Source of the DNA: Sphagnum compactum
Lineage: Eukaryota
Reading direction: 5' to 3'
NCBI GenBank assembly: GCA_965153455.1
Contig: OZ234493.1
Span: 3,782,001 to 3,846,000, forward strand
Length of the DNA: 64,000 bases
A program made the translations under genes and the position numbers. How positions within the stretch are numbered: position 1 is the first letter of the stretch; each line of letters begins with the position of its first letter. The notes beneath the pieces were generated by a model. That model saw only the letters and a program-made list of their open reading frames with translations, was not told the origin of the DNA and ran no database searches. Shown here piece after piece: positions 1 to 13,839 of this stretch.

Positions 1-457
1 GAACCACCTGCTCCGAGAGAAGTTTGTGGAACTCTACAGTAAACCAATTCTTGAAAATGTGAGTTTGAACTTTGTTGGTGAGAAAGCTTAAATGCAGTGT
101 TCTCAAATATCACAGATATCATGCCTAAATGTGCCTGGTCATATGACATTTTCCTTCTTTGGGGCACAGCTGCAAGATTGAACATCTTGGTTGTAGGTGC
201 AATGCTCAGTTCACTATGGTGAATGCCTGAGGGCTGCCTAGGGATATGCATAGGATTTTGTAGTGCTTTCTGTTCAATCCTTTTCTCATCTGGAGAATTC
301 TGATGGAAACTTGCAACTGATTGCATTTTTGTGTTGTGTTGGGCAGCTACTGAGTGATTTCCAAGAACAGATGCCTAATTTGAGTTTCCCTGAGGTTCCA
401 GAGCGAGGCTGCCTTGACCTGGAGGAGGTGTTAAAAGCAACTTATTTTTTCAATTAG
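1..457 (+). CDS. RpoT: Phage-type (T3/T7-like) organellar RNA polymerase, last two exons (<1..58, 347..457); gene starts upstream of the window
   Basis: Spliced translation [55 protein letters not shown] matches the conserved plant RpoT C-terminus ([17 protein letters not shown]....P...FP..PERG..DL.EVL...YFFN). GT donor at 59, AG acceptor at 345-346. Confidence 0.93.
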
Positions 458-1146
458 AAGTTTCAACCTAGTCATTAGCCCCTCCTCCAGTGCATTCTTC
501 AGCAACCCTAATTGCACTTGTTATTTTTTCAAACAAGTCAGTACTGCAGCAGTAGAGCCAGTTCAAGTCATCTTCACCCAGTCAGTGGATCTTGATTACT
601 GCTACATATTGAAGACCTGAGATAACTAGAGGTTAAGGGACTAGAAACTGATTGCTGTTAGATATTGAAGACCTGAGACCAGTAGAGGGAGTTTTATGGG
701 AATGGAGAATTGCCCCTATGCTGCAATCTATAGAGAGCACACCCAATTACAATTTTGGCTTGTGGGTAATGTTCTGTCAGGACATGGTCGATGATCATTC
801 CTTTGTGAGAAAATGATGAATTCATCAATATGCTCTTTTTGAGTTTATGTGGTCAGACATCTGTCGACAATTCTGTTTTTTCTTCTATAGCCTTCACTGT
901 GCAATTTACCAGTTATTGTCTCCTTGCTCTCATTGCTATTGTGTCCCTACACTTTATATATGAATACTGCAAGGTTAACCTGTCCAATTGAAGCCTGTCC
1001 TGGTGCAGATGCACAAAATAAGAGGCAACCAGTTGGGTGTGCCAAGCCTCATTTAATTGATGGATTTAATTGCTGTCTGATGAGATTGGAACATGGATAG
1101 GGTGATGCAAATAATTATTATTGAATACACTTTTTTAAAACACAAA

Positions 1147-4100
1147 TCACCATTGCATGTTACTTGATTGTTGTATGAGGGAGCCACCATCTCGGTGAAC
1201 CCTAGCTTGCTCTGCAAGGGACAGTGCCATTGCTAACATCATTTGCTCATCAAAGCTTTCAGGCACCACCACAGCACCCTTCGCTCCTGCATCCATGCTT
1301 GTACTACTTTCACCATCTCTTCTTTGTCTATTAAGTTGAATATCTGGTGCCTCCCATGCTAAGTCTGATGCAGATGGAATGCTGTGAGAGAAACTTGTCC
1401 CAATTTCCACTTGCTCCAACCTTTGATCACCTGCCCATCTACTCATTGATGGAGCAGCCCTGTATTCCCACTGTCTTGAGCTCACCCAATTGGCTAGTCT
1501 GTCACTGGTATTTGGATTCTCTGAGTCCCTGATTGGGCTTGCACTCTCCCCCTCCCTCTGTGACTTCAAATTCTCTATCTCTGTAGACATCCTTAACATT
1601 CTTTCCCTCTCATCCTTCACCTTTTGCAGCCCTAATTTTCTGACAGCTGACGAACCAATGTGCTGCCTCCTTTGAAGTGGCTCACTTGGGGAGGCAATCT
1701 CAAGTTCCTCCTCCCCATGGAGTAGTACCTCACAGGCTTGATTTGTTCCAGCAACTTCTTTCCTTAGAATGACCACAGCAGCTGGATCAGGTGGCAAAAT
1801 GCTGACAGTTGATTGCTGCGCAGCAGATGTTGTGTCACCCCCAGCAACTTGCCTTTCAGCCAATGCTGCAATGGCACCTGCTAATCCACCAGTAACTGAG
1901 CTACACCTCCGGGGAGCCCGCACTTGGGTTTCAAGAACTGACAGTGGTGGTGATGGCGGTGGCAGAGATGGTAGCAAAGGAGGGGGTCGTGAAGGCATAA
2001 TTGCTCTCACATCCGTGCTGCCTTCAGAGTCAACACCAGAATTGGTCCTCCCTGTTGACAAGCTACCTGCCACTGCTGCTCCTGCTGCTGCTATACATGG
2101 TTCATTATCTGTATATCTGTGCTGAGCCCCTTCCTCCTAAAACACCAGCACATAGAAGAACAGGGTAAAAATTCTTGGTGAAGATTCAACCCAGAGGTAG
2201 ACTGCACAAAATGTCCTCATTAAACACAAGCCTTCCACTGGGATTGCAACAGAACAGACCCATATTTCCATTTACTTTCAGTTGGCAGAATACCTGAATA
2301 GAAAGCCAGATAGCTTCCATCACCATTATGTCCTCCAAATCGAGGTCAAATTCATCGTCCCTGGCATCATTTTGTCACTACTTGTCAATTTTCCAGAATT
2401 ATCCAATTCTCTGCTTTTTTTTCCCTTCACACTTTGTATTAGAGAAAAACAACAGCGAAGTGTTGGGTTAACAGACTGTTGATCACACCTGTTTTGCTGG
2501 GAATATTCAGAGGTTGGTTCTCCGCTTGTTAACTGAGCACCTGGAGGTGATTGTGGTGTTGGGAACTCAACGATAGCATTGTGCCTGAGGGCAGAAGGCA
2601 GTACGTTTGAAACAAAAGCAGGCCTTGCTTGTTGTTGAGCAGCTCTGCCTTCATCCTCCTCCACATCGCTTTGTTGACTGCCTTGTACCCACAATGAGTC
2701 TGCTGGTTCCACTGTTGGAACTGGTCTTCCAACAGGTCTCTGAGACAGCCCCAATGATACTAGATCCTGTCCATCATGCAGAGTGATAAGAAAGCCACTT
2801 CTTGCAGGAAAAGAAAGAAAGCCTCTTTAGGACAAGAGAGGGGAACTCAAATCTTCCCACATCTGCCACCACCACATCCAAGAATCCTACTTTTTCAAAG
2901 CTCTCATATGTCATGGAAGCTGGGAACTTGGAATTACTATATCCCTAGTGCTTCAATGCTGTGATTTGGGTGGGATTGGTAAGAAGGATTCAAATCCAGG
3001 CTTACTCATCTGCTTTTGGTTTATGGGGCCACACAGCACCAACAAAGTTATCAAGCTTTAACATACTGCAAGAGGGTGAGGGGAACTGACCTCTGAAGGA
3101 TGACTGATGGATTCCCATACTACTTGCCAGCTATCCTGCTCCAAATCAGGAGGAGGGAATATGGCAAGAAGACTCGGAGCAGGAGGGGATGGAGGATCAC
3201 CATCTTGGTCATCGTCATGCCATTGTTCACGTTTCTCATCCTCCTCTAGTTCTTTTTGCCGCATTCGTATCTTTGCCTCTATTACTTTTTGCTCTTCCTG
3301 AATTTGCAAACAAAAGATAATATGGGTACAAGACAGGATAGTATGCCAAGAGATTGAAGAAGAAAATTGTAGCCTGCTTTGAAAGTTGTGAACAACCCAG
3401 AACAGCTAAACAAGCTTTGCACACTGTCAAGTTTGCAATGGAAAAAGTATGTTTGCAAGCAAACAGATATGCAAACAAGTAAAAAAACCACATCATCAAG
3501 AAAAGAAACTAATGAGTAAGCAAATAAACATGGAAAAGAGATTTAAGGCCAGACCGCTTGTTCCACGCCTTTCTCTTCCATGCTCTTAGGCCCCCGATAC
3601 TCAACCGAATAGTTTGCCATTTTGCAATACGGGCATCTATCACCACCCTGTTAAGGAATCATCTTGTGGCACATCTTTAGATCAAAGATGTTAGTTATGA
3701 CTCCACCTGAATCACCTCTTTTGGATTTTTCAACAGCAAAAAACACTCCCCTAAAAAGCTTCCCAAAATTCATCAGCAAAAGATGACAAAGACCTAAGGT
3801 GAACGGCTCTTATGCAATGCAAAACCCTGTAATGCACTCACATCCCTGCCAGTAGTTTGTCATATCCACATTGCTGCTGCTTATGAGATAATCTGTCATG
3901 ATAACCTGATTCTCATATACTGTCTTCTAAATTAGATAATGCACTCTGCATTCATACCATCCTGAACTGTTGTAATCATTTTCCAGACATAGCTTGACCA
4001 TGGCAGGGTAATAGTTCAAAAACAACAACAGGGTGGCACCCCAACAACGCTGAATACAAAAGATTATGAGAGCATTCTGGATACTGAGTTGGTCGAGTGA

Positions 4101-4923
4101 CATTTGGGGATTGCATCTGCAAAAAACACTCTGCAAAAAAACCACAAGAATACTATGGCTCAATACATGCTACCCAATAGCTACCCATAATCAAGCACAC
4201 TTCACATGTTACTTGCTTCAACTGTCATGTATATAACACAATCGACATACAAAGATTTGTGGTAAAAGGTGAGAGTTGTTGGCTCATTGGTGCTGCCATC
4301 CCTGCTGTACAATACTGCTATCCACCATGAACCTTGACCTCAGCTGGACATATAAAACCAGCAACCCATTTAAAGCAGAAGTCTCTTTTTACATCTCAAC
4401 TGAATGCCGCGTGAGTCTGCAGCCAACTTATGAAGCTTTTAGGGCATGTGGTTGTAGGAACACAGTACCTGTGCAGATGCCTTTGGTGCAACATTTGGAG
4501 CGATTGAGACTTGGATAATGCTGTCACGCCCAACCAACTGCAGTTAGAGCTACCTGACAAAGTTTTGCATAGAACAGAAAAGACTCTGCAGTCACCTGTC
4601 CAAACAGATAATAATCATGAACACACTTAATAAGAGTGTTGGGTGTAAGAAGAACATCTTGCTTGTGGCTACAATCTAGAATATTATTTTAATTGAAGAG
4701 GAAAAAAAAGGGGAGAAATTGTGAGTTTTACCAGGAAGCAAATTGGACATTCTTCAAGCTCAACTGCAGGCTCTTCTCCTCCAGGATAGCAAGGAGCCAA
4801 CTTGGAATCGAGAATGAGGCGCCGCAGCTTGCGTTGATCAATGTCTCGGGAAGGATATAATCCTTGGGGTCGTGTATGGCGGTCATCAATTGCTGGCCGC
4901 CTACGAGTGATTTTATTGCCCAT
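1147..4923 (-). CDS. DA2: DA2/GW2-like RING-type E3 ubiquitin ligase, 8 exons (4732-4923, 4469-4520, 4085-4130, 3555-3636, 3067-3297, 2489-2766, 2294-2360, 1147-2136), ~645 aa
   Basis: N-terminal MGN...RHTRPQGLY...[50 protein letters not shown]...[36 protein letters not shown]-terminal [19 protein letters not shown]. All introns GT-AG and phases join in frame. The exon 5/6 boundary is the least certain. Confidence 0.92.
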
Positions 4924-6127
4924 AATTGCAAAATCCAAAAAAATGCTAACCAAATGCCACCATGTGCTCCATCAAGCATAGAACTGCTCACCTCCAAGCT
5001 GCAAAATAAAATCATGGCATGTCATAGCATGGCGGGCTTAATCAAGTTGCACTAATTTAGTGTCACCAAGGTGGCCGAGAAATCAACATCCAAGAAATTG
5101 ATTTGCCTAAGATTGATGTTGAGTGTAAACTGTCTTTGGGCATGCACTTTTTCCATCAAAAAAATTGCCCCCAGAATACTGTGCTAGGATTCTTCTTCAC
5201 CACTGCACTTGCCCTAAAACCCTAAAAATCTCAACCAAGAATATTCAAAGATCTGAAGAACAGAGACTGCATGAAGCCTTTCAACATTCTGTTTCCTGAA
5301 AATGCACTACAATCAGAGATGTTGCTTGATTTGATGGTTGGGCTTTTTTCCTGCTGCTAAGGGAAAAAAACAGAAAATTAAAACAGAGCAGGAGGATGAA
5401 GAGCTTGCTGATGATTTCCCCCCCCCCTCAACAAGAACCAACAACCACATCACCAACACAAAAGTAGTAGAAAAACTGCAGATTCAGACACCCATCTCTC
5501 AGACTTCAATTTTCAAGCAGTTTGAGTAAGTTTTCTCTCCCATAAGACAATCCAGCTCCACCCAAATCCAGAGGCACCCAGAAAAAAAAAAACCAACAAC
5601 AACAACAACAACCTGATAGATAAAAAGAAAGAAAGAACTCATTCCACAGTGCCCGACAGCACCTGGGAAAACCACAGAAAAACAAAATAGGGACAAACGA
5701 TCTGAGAGCCCAGAACTCCAGAAGTTAGCTTGTGTTTCCGGTCCTTTCGCATACCTTCAGAGCTGCAAATTGCCGAGAACCCATTATCTCGTTTCCGTCT
5801 GTCTGCGCGCTTGCTTCTTGAGCACCGAAAGATTTCAGACCCTCCCCACAAACAAACAAATGAAGGAGTTCCCCACCCGCCCTCTACCACGCACGCACAC
5901 AAGCAGATTGCTTCACGAGCTTTTTTTTTTCTTTCTATCACCACCACTGCACCATAACCCCCAAAAAAAAAGCTTGAGAAGAGGAAGAAGAAAATGAGTA
6001 GCAACACAGCACCACAACAACAAGAGAGGAGGATCGGCAACAGCGATCGTCAAGGGGAAAACAAAACACGACAGCAGCAGAGCATCAAAAACAAACGCAC
6101 GTACAGAAAGCTCACAGTTTGGGCACT

Positions 6128-7092
6128 GAACCTTCTTCCAGTATTATCCCACGGTTAAATCGTCAGACCTCCGGTCCACCAGTAAATCCTTTTACCAGAA
6201 AAAGGACAATAGCCACGACGCCAACCCCCCCCGGACTGAACCTTTCTCCCGTGTTACCCCACGGTTAAAGAGTCGGATCTCCGGTTCATCCAGTAATCCG
6301 TTTGCCCTAGTGGACAATAACCGACACCAACCCTGCGGACAGAACCTTTCTCCCGTGTTACCCCACAGTTAAAACGTCGGATCTCCGGTCCTTCCAGTAA
6401 TCCGTTTGCCCTAATGCACAATAACCACGACACTAACCCTTCGGATAGAACCTTTCTCCCGTGTTACCCCACGGTTAAAACGTCGGATCTTTGGTCCATC
6501 CAGTACTCAGTCTGCCCTAATGGACAATAACCACGACACTAACCCTTCGGACTGAACCTCTCTCCCGTGTTACCCCGCGGTCAAAAATTCGGATCTCCGG
6601 TCCATTCGGTAATCCTTTTGCCCTAATGGACAATAACCACGACACTAACCCTTCGGACAAAGATTAATTAATTCCTGCGGTCCGAAAAGGTTCTCTTATC
6701 CGGAGGGTAAAAAAATCATGTAGGTATATATCCTTTTTCCCCGAAAGGACAGGAACCACGTTTAACCCTTCGGGCAAAGATTCACTAATTCCTTCAGTCG
6801 GAAAACGTTCTCTTAACCGGAAGGTTAAAAACAAAACAGGTAGTTAATGGATTAAAGGGATTGCTGGATTTGGACCGGAGATCCGACGGTTAAACCGCGG
6901 GTAACATGGGAAGAACCTTCAGTCCGAAGGGTGAGCGCGGCTGAGCTCTCCGGTCCATCCGGTAATCTTTTTCGAGTAAAACTAATAACCAGTTTGATTA
7001 TAATAAGCAATAATAAGCGCACCAACCCTTCGGACAAAGATTCACTATATCCATCGGTCCGAAAACATTCTCGAACCCGACGCAGGGTAAAA
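6128..7092. repeat. Complex tandem array upstream of the DA2-like gene: five ~105-bp units, ~120-bp variant units and one inverted unit
   Basis: Unit GAACCTTTCTCCCGTGTTACCCCACGGTTAAAACGTCGGATCTCCGGTCC...AACCCTTCGGAC starts at ~6128, 6238, 6342, 6448, 6554. AACCCTTCGGACAAAGATT variants at ~6647, 6764, 7025. Inverted copy at ~6861-6933. Confidence 0.9.
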
Positions 7093-7341
7093 CAAATAAT
7101 AAGTATTTTATTTTTATTTTTGAGCCGGGGCTCTTTTTGATACGTGTCATCTTTCAATTGGTTTTTCCTTTCGAGATGAAAAGTAAAAAAGCGTTCTTTT
7201 TCTTTTTCTTTTCTTCTTGTTTCCATTTTAGTGTCTGGCCTTAGATCCAACGGCCCGTATCAAATTCTGCGGATCTTAGCTTTTTTTCTTTCCATTTCTG
7301 TTTTCTTTTCTTTTGTCTTTTTTTTTCTTTTTTTTTCCCTC

Positions 7342-7374
<33 letters not shown>

Positions 7375-8413
7375 ATTTCTTTTTTTTTCTTTCTTTTCTT
7401 TTTTTTCCCCTCCTCTCTCTCTCTCTCTCTTTCTTTTCCCCCCCCCCCTCTTTTAGCCCCAATTATGTGAAAATTCTTACCTAAACAAAAGGCTGTGTCA
7501 CCTAGTTTTTTTCATTTTCCTTTCTAAAAAAGAAATGGGGTTAGCCTAGAGGAGGAGGAGGAGGAGTTGTTTGCCAAATTTGATTTTGAAAAATAGAATA
7601 TAATAAATAAACAATGTGTGGAAGGAAAAGAAAAACATGCACATGTAACCAGGGTCTCTTTTCAACCTGGTAATATAAAAAACTAGGAAATTTTTTTTTC
7701 CAAAATTACCAAATTAGTCAAACTTACACTAGCAAAAAAAAAACAACCAAAATTCCACAACCCTAGAATTGCTCCAACCCATTTTCCATCCTCCTAAGGT
7801 TTGTGTCAACCTTCCATCCGTTTTCCATTCAAATTTCATCCTTCTTCCAATAGTGGCCTATTGGCCATGATCAATTGGAACAACTTTTGGATAAATTGAA
7901 GACATACTTGAGAATTTTGGGGGAAGAAGAAAAAAAAATCGAGATTTTATTTTTCCCAACATTATGATTGGGAGGTTAGTGACCATCAATGAAAAGGGGA
8001 AAGGGCAAAAAAAGAGGGGGGGGGGGGAGAGAGGGAGAAGGAATTTCTTTTTGAAGAAAATAAGAACTTTAACAATCATGTGCAATATCTACCTATAAAG
8101 TTTCAGCTTTTTTTTTAAAATTGTCCATTCATCCACCCTCAAAATACCCAACTGCATCATCTTGCCCTTTTGGTCACCAATAATGCACAAATAGAAGTGG
8201 AAGAAGGATGACTACAAAGTGGTCACTTGACCTCTTTCAACACCAATGAACGGGTAAACTAAGAAAGTGAGAGAGAATGTGGGTTGAATACGTGATCAAT
8301 CAATCCACATGAGAGTAAACCAAAGAGGAATGAATGAAACATGAGCTTTAGAGAGAGAGAGAGACCTAGACATATTACATATATTAAAGGACGTCGGGAT
8401 GAAATGAAGCTTA

Positions 8414-8822
8414 GAGCATCTCCAGCGGGGCTTAGTATGTGATCCTGCACAGTACAATTGGATGAAGAAAAGTCGAAACATGCCAGCAGGCTCAGGAAAA
8501 TGGTTTTTGGCTCAGCAAAAAAATGCACGCACAGTTTGCGGTGGCTGGCTGTTGTTACAGGGCGCAACGACGACGGTGTGCACCTGCAGAAAAGAGTGTA
8601 ATAAGTATGATCTGACTGCTGCTCACTGTTTCTGATTGCCCCATCATAATGATTGGTCCAGGTGGTTTGTTATTAGTAGTCCCCCCACCTATTTGCTATT
8701 TCCAAGTTTCAGTTTTCTTGTCTGGGTTAGGGTTGCAAAAAAACACTCTTATCACTATATAATAACTTGGATGTGAAAAATATTTTTGCAGGGTCACATA
8801 CTGAGCACTGCTGGAGATGCTC
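8414..8822. mobile_element. Tourist-like MITE (PIF/Harbinger), 409 bp
   Basis: Imperfect ~36-bp TIRs GAGCATCTCCAGC...AGTATGTGA.CCTGCA, flanked by TTA on both sides (8411-8413, 8823-8825). Confidence 0.88.
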
Positions 8823-10739
8823 TTACAATGCACCCATTATGCTCTCTCTACAAAGCAAATTAGCACTCAAATGAGAAAGAAAAAAAATGAATAAATCTCT
8901 CTAGTTTGACTAAACCCAAGATTGCAAACTAAATCAAGTTAAAATTTCACCCCAAAAATTAAACTTGGTTGGGTGAGTGAAGAAGAGTCCTGGTTTTTTA
9001 TAACGGGATAATTCCATGACCGGCTGGTATTGGATTTTCAAATTTTAATAACTTACCCAAGTAGGGTTACATGGTTATCATCCAAGTGACTTGGATGAGA
9101 ACCGGCCAACACTCGTAACAGACCAAGAGTTCAAATTTTTACATGGCTTGAAAGTTTGTGGCATAAATATTTTGGAAAATTTTTGGGACGACCAAATGCA
9201 CCACCCATTCATATTTTTTTTTTTTTAAATCCTTTGGGTACTAGAGAGACCAAATACCCCCCCATTTGACCATCATGGCCTACTTCTACAGGCTCAATGT
9301 GAGGCGTCGGTCGGCTCGCCTCGGCTCGGCTAATAATTTCTTCACATTCTACCCCCACTAGGTTGCAACAAAGAGATTGGACAAGCTTTACGAACAAGGC
9401 CAAGGAGCAAACATCCAACAAAACGATCATCATTTTATCTCTCGGTTTTAGAATAAATGATGTGTGTGGGACACGTACCATGCGGAAAAGTGAAAGCGAA
9501 TGATTGAACACAACAATAATACCATGAAAAAAAAAGGGGGGGGGGGGGGGGGGGGTCATCAAAAGTGGCCCCCAAGCCTACGGTCCCCAAAGAGTCTTCA
9601 CTCTTCAACACATTATAACCGTCTAATTTTTGAGAGATTCGAGCAAGTTAGCTCGTCCATGTTGCTCCATTGACACATTGTCCCAAGTCTACTACACCCC
9701 CCCAAGTTTACATAATATCATAGTACCTTGGCGGCTTTGGCATAAATTAAATTAATTTTTTCAATCGAGCCAAAAAAATTTATAAATTTATTTTTTAATT
9801 TATCGTCAATTTTTCAAAAAAGTCGATTATGGTGTAAGAGTTTTGAAAAACTATGGTATTCTTGAAGGGAGGATATTGATTGAGCATTAAAATAAGTCAA
9901 GTTGTTTGAAATAAATGTATATTACAATAATTTATTTATTTTTTATTGTTGAAATTTTCAAAATTTTAAAAAACCCAAGCAAGCATCGAACCAAAAAACT
10001 TTTTTAAGTTAAATTAATTATTGTGTGTGTTGAATCCATGAAGGTACTACGATAACAAACCAAGTTTAAGAGAAAGAGTCTTGACTCTTCACATGTAGGT
10101 CCGTGCATGATCCATCCATCCAATTTGAAAGTGTCATGTCCATGCATCATTCATTCATCCATCCATCCATCCATCCATGATGGTGTGTTCATGGGTGTTC
10201 GTTCACTCTAGCCAAACCATGCCTACACACACCATCATTGCATGTTTTCACGTAATTGGTTCAACTAGAATTGTCCGAATCAGCATATTACAATCTCGTA
10301 ATGATCCATTGAAGAATGAATGAATATATGTGCACAAATCAATGGCTCAGATGTCAACGATCGATATCAAACAATTCCAGAATTAAAACTGGAATAAATA
10401 TATTGGAATGGGCTGAGCCTCACCCATTCCATTGATATACGTCGCCTCCTTTTCAATTTTCCAACCTTTCTTATACATGTGTTTTTACACCTTGTTTTGC
10501 TCCTTGTTTGGGCATTGTCAATTCTATTGCAACTATTTAGAGCTCCACTCCATCCATTATGTAAGCAAACTATGTGTTACTAAACTCATCCTCACACATA
10601 AAATGAAGGTGACTAAAAGATAAGGTTTGTGCTTGAATAAGTGCACCAAGATGGGTGCAAATTTTTGCACCTTGTGTGGATATAAAGATGATTATGCCTA
10701 CCATTGGTGTAGGGAAACATGTGAAGTTATCTATTACAT

Positions 10740-10905
10740 GGGATTTTTATGCTTGGAACTCATTATAGTGTGAATTAGGTTTTCAAGTTTTTTGATGGGA
10801 TTTTATGGTTGGAACTCGTTATAGTGTGAATTAGGTTTCAAGTATTTGATGGGATTTTGTGGTTGGAACTTATTATAGTGTGAATTAGGTTTCAAGTAGT
10901 TTGTG
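10740..10905. repeat. Tandem repeat, ~55 bp x3
   Basis: GGGATTTT.TGGTTGGAACTC.TTATAGTGTGAATTAGGTTTCAAGT at ~10740, 10797, 10851. Confidence 0.9.
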
Positions 10906-12815
10906 TTTAGTGGGTTATCTTTATTGTTTCACCTTTCATGTTTAGAAAATGAAATTCACCTACAATGGGAAAACCAAGATTGTAAACCTCACATGGAAAA
11001 CACAAATTGATGTTCAACATCATGGTGATTAATAAGCACCTTTTGAATCCACTACATAGATGGTGTGGGTATTCTCTAGTCATTGAATCTTCTTGCAAGT
11101 GAACAAACCCAAACTTACCGTTTGGGAATGTTACCATTGCCAATGTCAAATTGACCATGCACCAAACTCATTATAGTAGTCACACAATAACATTGTTGAT
11201 TTACCCTTCTTCTTTTAACACATGATACACTTATGAGTAACCAACACCATTGTTAGCTCATGGTACATAATCTTTCTTTCTTCACATGACTATTGCATTT
11301 GCATCGTCCCCATTTGAAAATGTCACCAAGCTAGTTACTAGGAGTTTGGCCCAATGAACTTTTACTCTTATATTTTCAAATATGTTCAACCCTTAAGGAT
11401 GTCGAAATTTTTGCTTTGTCATTTTTTTGTTGAATTCAAGTTGGTTTTCCATTTTAACCTTTCAATTTTGGCTTGAACTTAAAAACAAGACAAAAAAACT
11501 AAATGAGTTAATAAACGGTCTAACCTTTTGAACTTTAACACCTATGAACCCCCTATCTAAGTCCAAAGTTTCTATAGTTACCTCTTATCCCATCTCCTTA
11601 GTTAAGGCTACTAGCACTCGTTGGCCTTGCAACTTTTCAACTAAAGCCAATCCACAACATTTCAATTCTTCATAGATTTGCATCAAGATTTGCTCTCAAG
11701 CTCTTTGGCTTTCATGCCACATCATGGAGGTGCTATCCTATTCATGTTAGCATACACAACTTTTGGTTATGCATGCTAGCTAATTTAGCATATGCTTTCA
11801 AATGAAGTCCATCGTCAAGAATTTTCATTATATCAAAAATCATTGTTTTTACATTTATAGCATTGTGACTACAATAATTGTAAAGTCAAGGCTACTGTTG
11901 CAAAATGATTGACTTAGTTCATTTTGACTAAGATGAAAATTAAATGTGTCTTTTGTAACTGACTTTGATTTTTTATTTAATGAAATCAAACACAATTGGA
12001 TACACATGGTGAATGTGACACCTACATGGACTTTAGAGCTCTACTTGTGACTAAAATACACTTTTCAAATTGTACCATGGAATAAGATGTTTCATATATG
12101 TGCTTACCATGCTAGTTTTGATGTTACATATGTGCATTGAAATGCAAATATTTATATTAATTATTTAAATTCATGATAATACTATGATTTTCAAATTCTT
12201 AGAAGGTTGAATAACATGTAAACAAAATCAACTATTTCTCACATTCACTCTTTTTTAAAGCCATTGATTTATTTTTAAGATTGGAACTAAATTTCTGATG
12301 TATTTAAATTTAAATAATTTTATTAATTTTATGAAATTATATATTTAAATTAATCCAACTAATATTAATTAAAAATTTTTAATTAAATCAATTTGAAGTT
12401 GATTATATAATTCCACAAATGAAATTAACCACATATTGATGTTCTAAAATATTCAATTAATAGAAATATTATACTTAAATCATAACTTAGGGCCCAAATA
12501 AAAATATTTAAATTATGTATTATTTCGATATTTGGAAATTTTAATTACATGAAAATTTTAAGTAAATGTGAATATTAAATTAATTTCAAATAACATCTGA
12601 GTTTCTAAACCAAAAATACTTCTAATTCGTGAAATAAATATTAAACTACTATAATACATTTACATTTTTAAATTAAAAATTTCAATGTATTTAGGAAGTA
12701 GAAAAATTAATTGAATTTAATAATGAAATTAAAAACATGTGAAATTTTATTATCAAAATAAATAACATTTTTTAATGCATGAGATTTGAAAAAATATGTC
12801 TTTTGTGCTGACAAT

Positions 12816-12960
12816 CATTGTGAGAAAACCATGTCCATTGTAACTAGGCTATCTAATTGTATTCTAGTTTTATCGAACACTTTTTAATGGTAATGTAGTT
12901 CCATCGGACACTTTTTAATTGCAATAGACAAGTTGCAATGGACATAATTTTCTCATAGTG
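12816..12960. mobile_element. Miniature non-autonomous CACTA element, 145 bp
   Basis: Left CATTGTGAGAAAACCATGTCCATTGTAACT versus reverse complement of right end CACTATGAGAAAATTATGTCCATTGCAACT; 3-bp TSD AAT on both sides. Confidence 0.8.
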
Positions 12961-13131
12961 AATATTTGTCACCACATGAAATGGTGGTTGAATGTTCAAG
13001 ATTTTGCATTATGTCCAAAGATGTGAATGTTTGATTTTCACTTCAAGCATATTTTATAGTTATGACTTATATGATTAAAAATAATCATGTGGAGGCATAT
13101 GTATATGTTTATTTATTTATTCACACATATA

Positions 13132-13285
13132 CACTACAACAAAAGGTGTCCCTGTATGCCAAGTGATTTCATTTGATTTTGAGTGAATTCACGGGTTGTA
13201 GTGAACGGGGGACCAATGAAAAACAATGAATTCACTTGTCTAGTGAACAGGGACTAGTGAACTGCAACCACATTTTGTAGTAGTG
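13132..13285. mobile_element. Miniature non-autonomous CACTA element, 154 bp
   Basis: CACTACAACAAAA...TTTTGTAGTAGTG termini; 3-bp TSD ATA; internal AGTGAA/TTCAC subterminal repeats. Confidence 0.85.
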
Positions 13286-13839
13286 ATATAAAATCAAATG
13301 ATGAATATGGGTCTAGCCACCCATCAAAAATATTGCCATCCATCAATAATGTGTTAATTTTTTTAATTTAAAAAAATGTATATTCACATCTATATTGCGA
13401 GTCTAGGCAAAGGTGTGGCAACTTCACCACATTCCAAGCAAAAGCAAAAACTTGTATCATTTACAAACTTTGTTTTAAAAATGGTTTTTCCAAATCACGG
13501 GTTTAGCACACTTTGACCACCTATCCATCAATAATTTGACAATTTTTTTAATTTATATAGGTAAAATATTAGTATAAAATATTTTTTAAAAGTTTGACCA
13601 TGTCAATTAACTACCTAAAACTTGAGTTAATTTAGTAAGCACTCAATCATCATGCACTTAGTCAAGTTTATGCCATAAACAACTAGTCCAATCTAATTAG
13701 ACCCAAATTGTTGATGATGTTTGATATGATTAATTGTTTAATTCAAAAATTAGTACATAAACCATGATTTGTAATAGTGTTTATGTTGTTGAATCATCAA
13801 ACAAACTCTTATGAACAAAACCATGGACAACAAATAGAA

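Noticed and set aside
6128-6660. CRISPR-like regular repeats
   Set aside because: Whole units repeat with no unique spacers, no cas genes, eukaryotic context.
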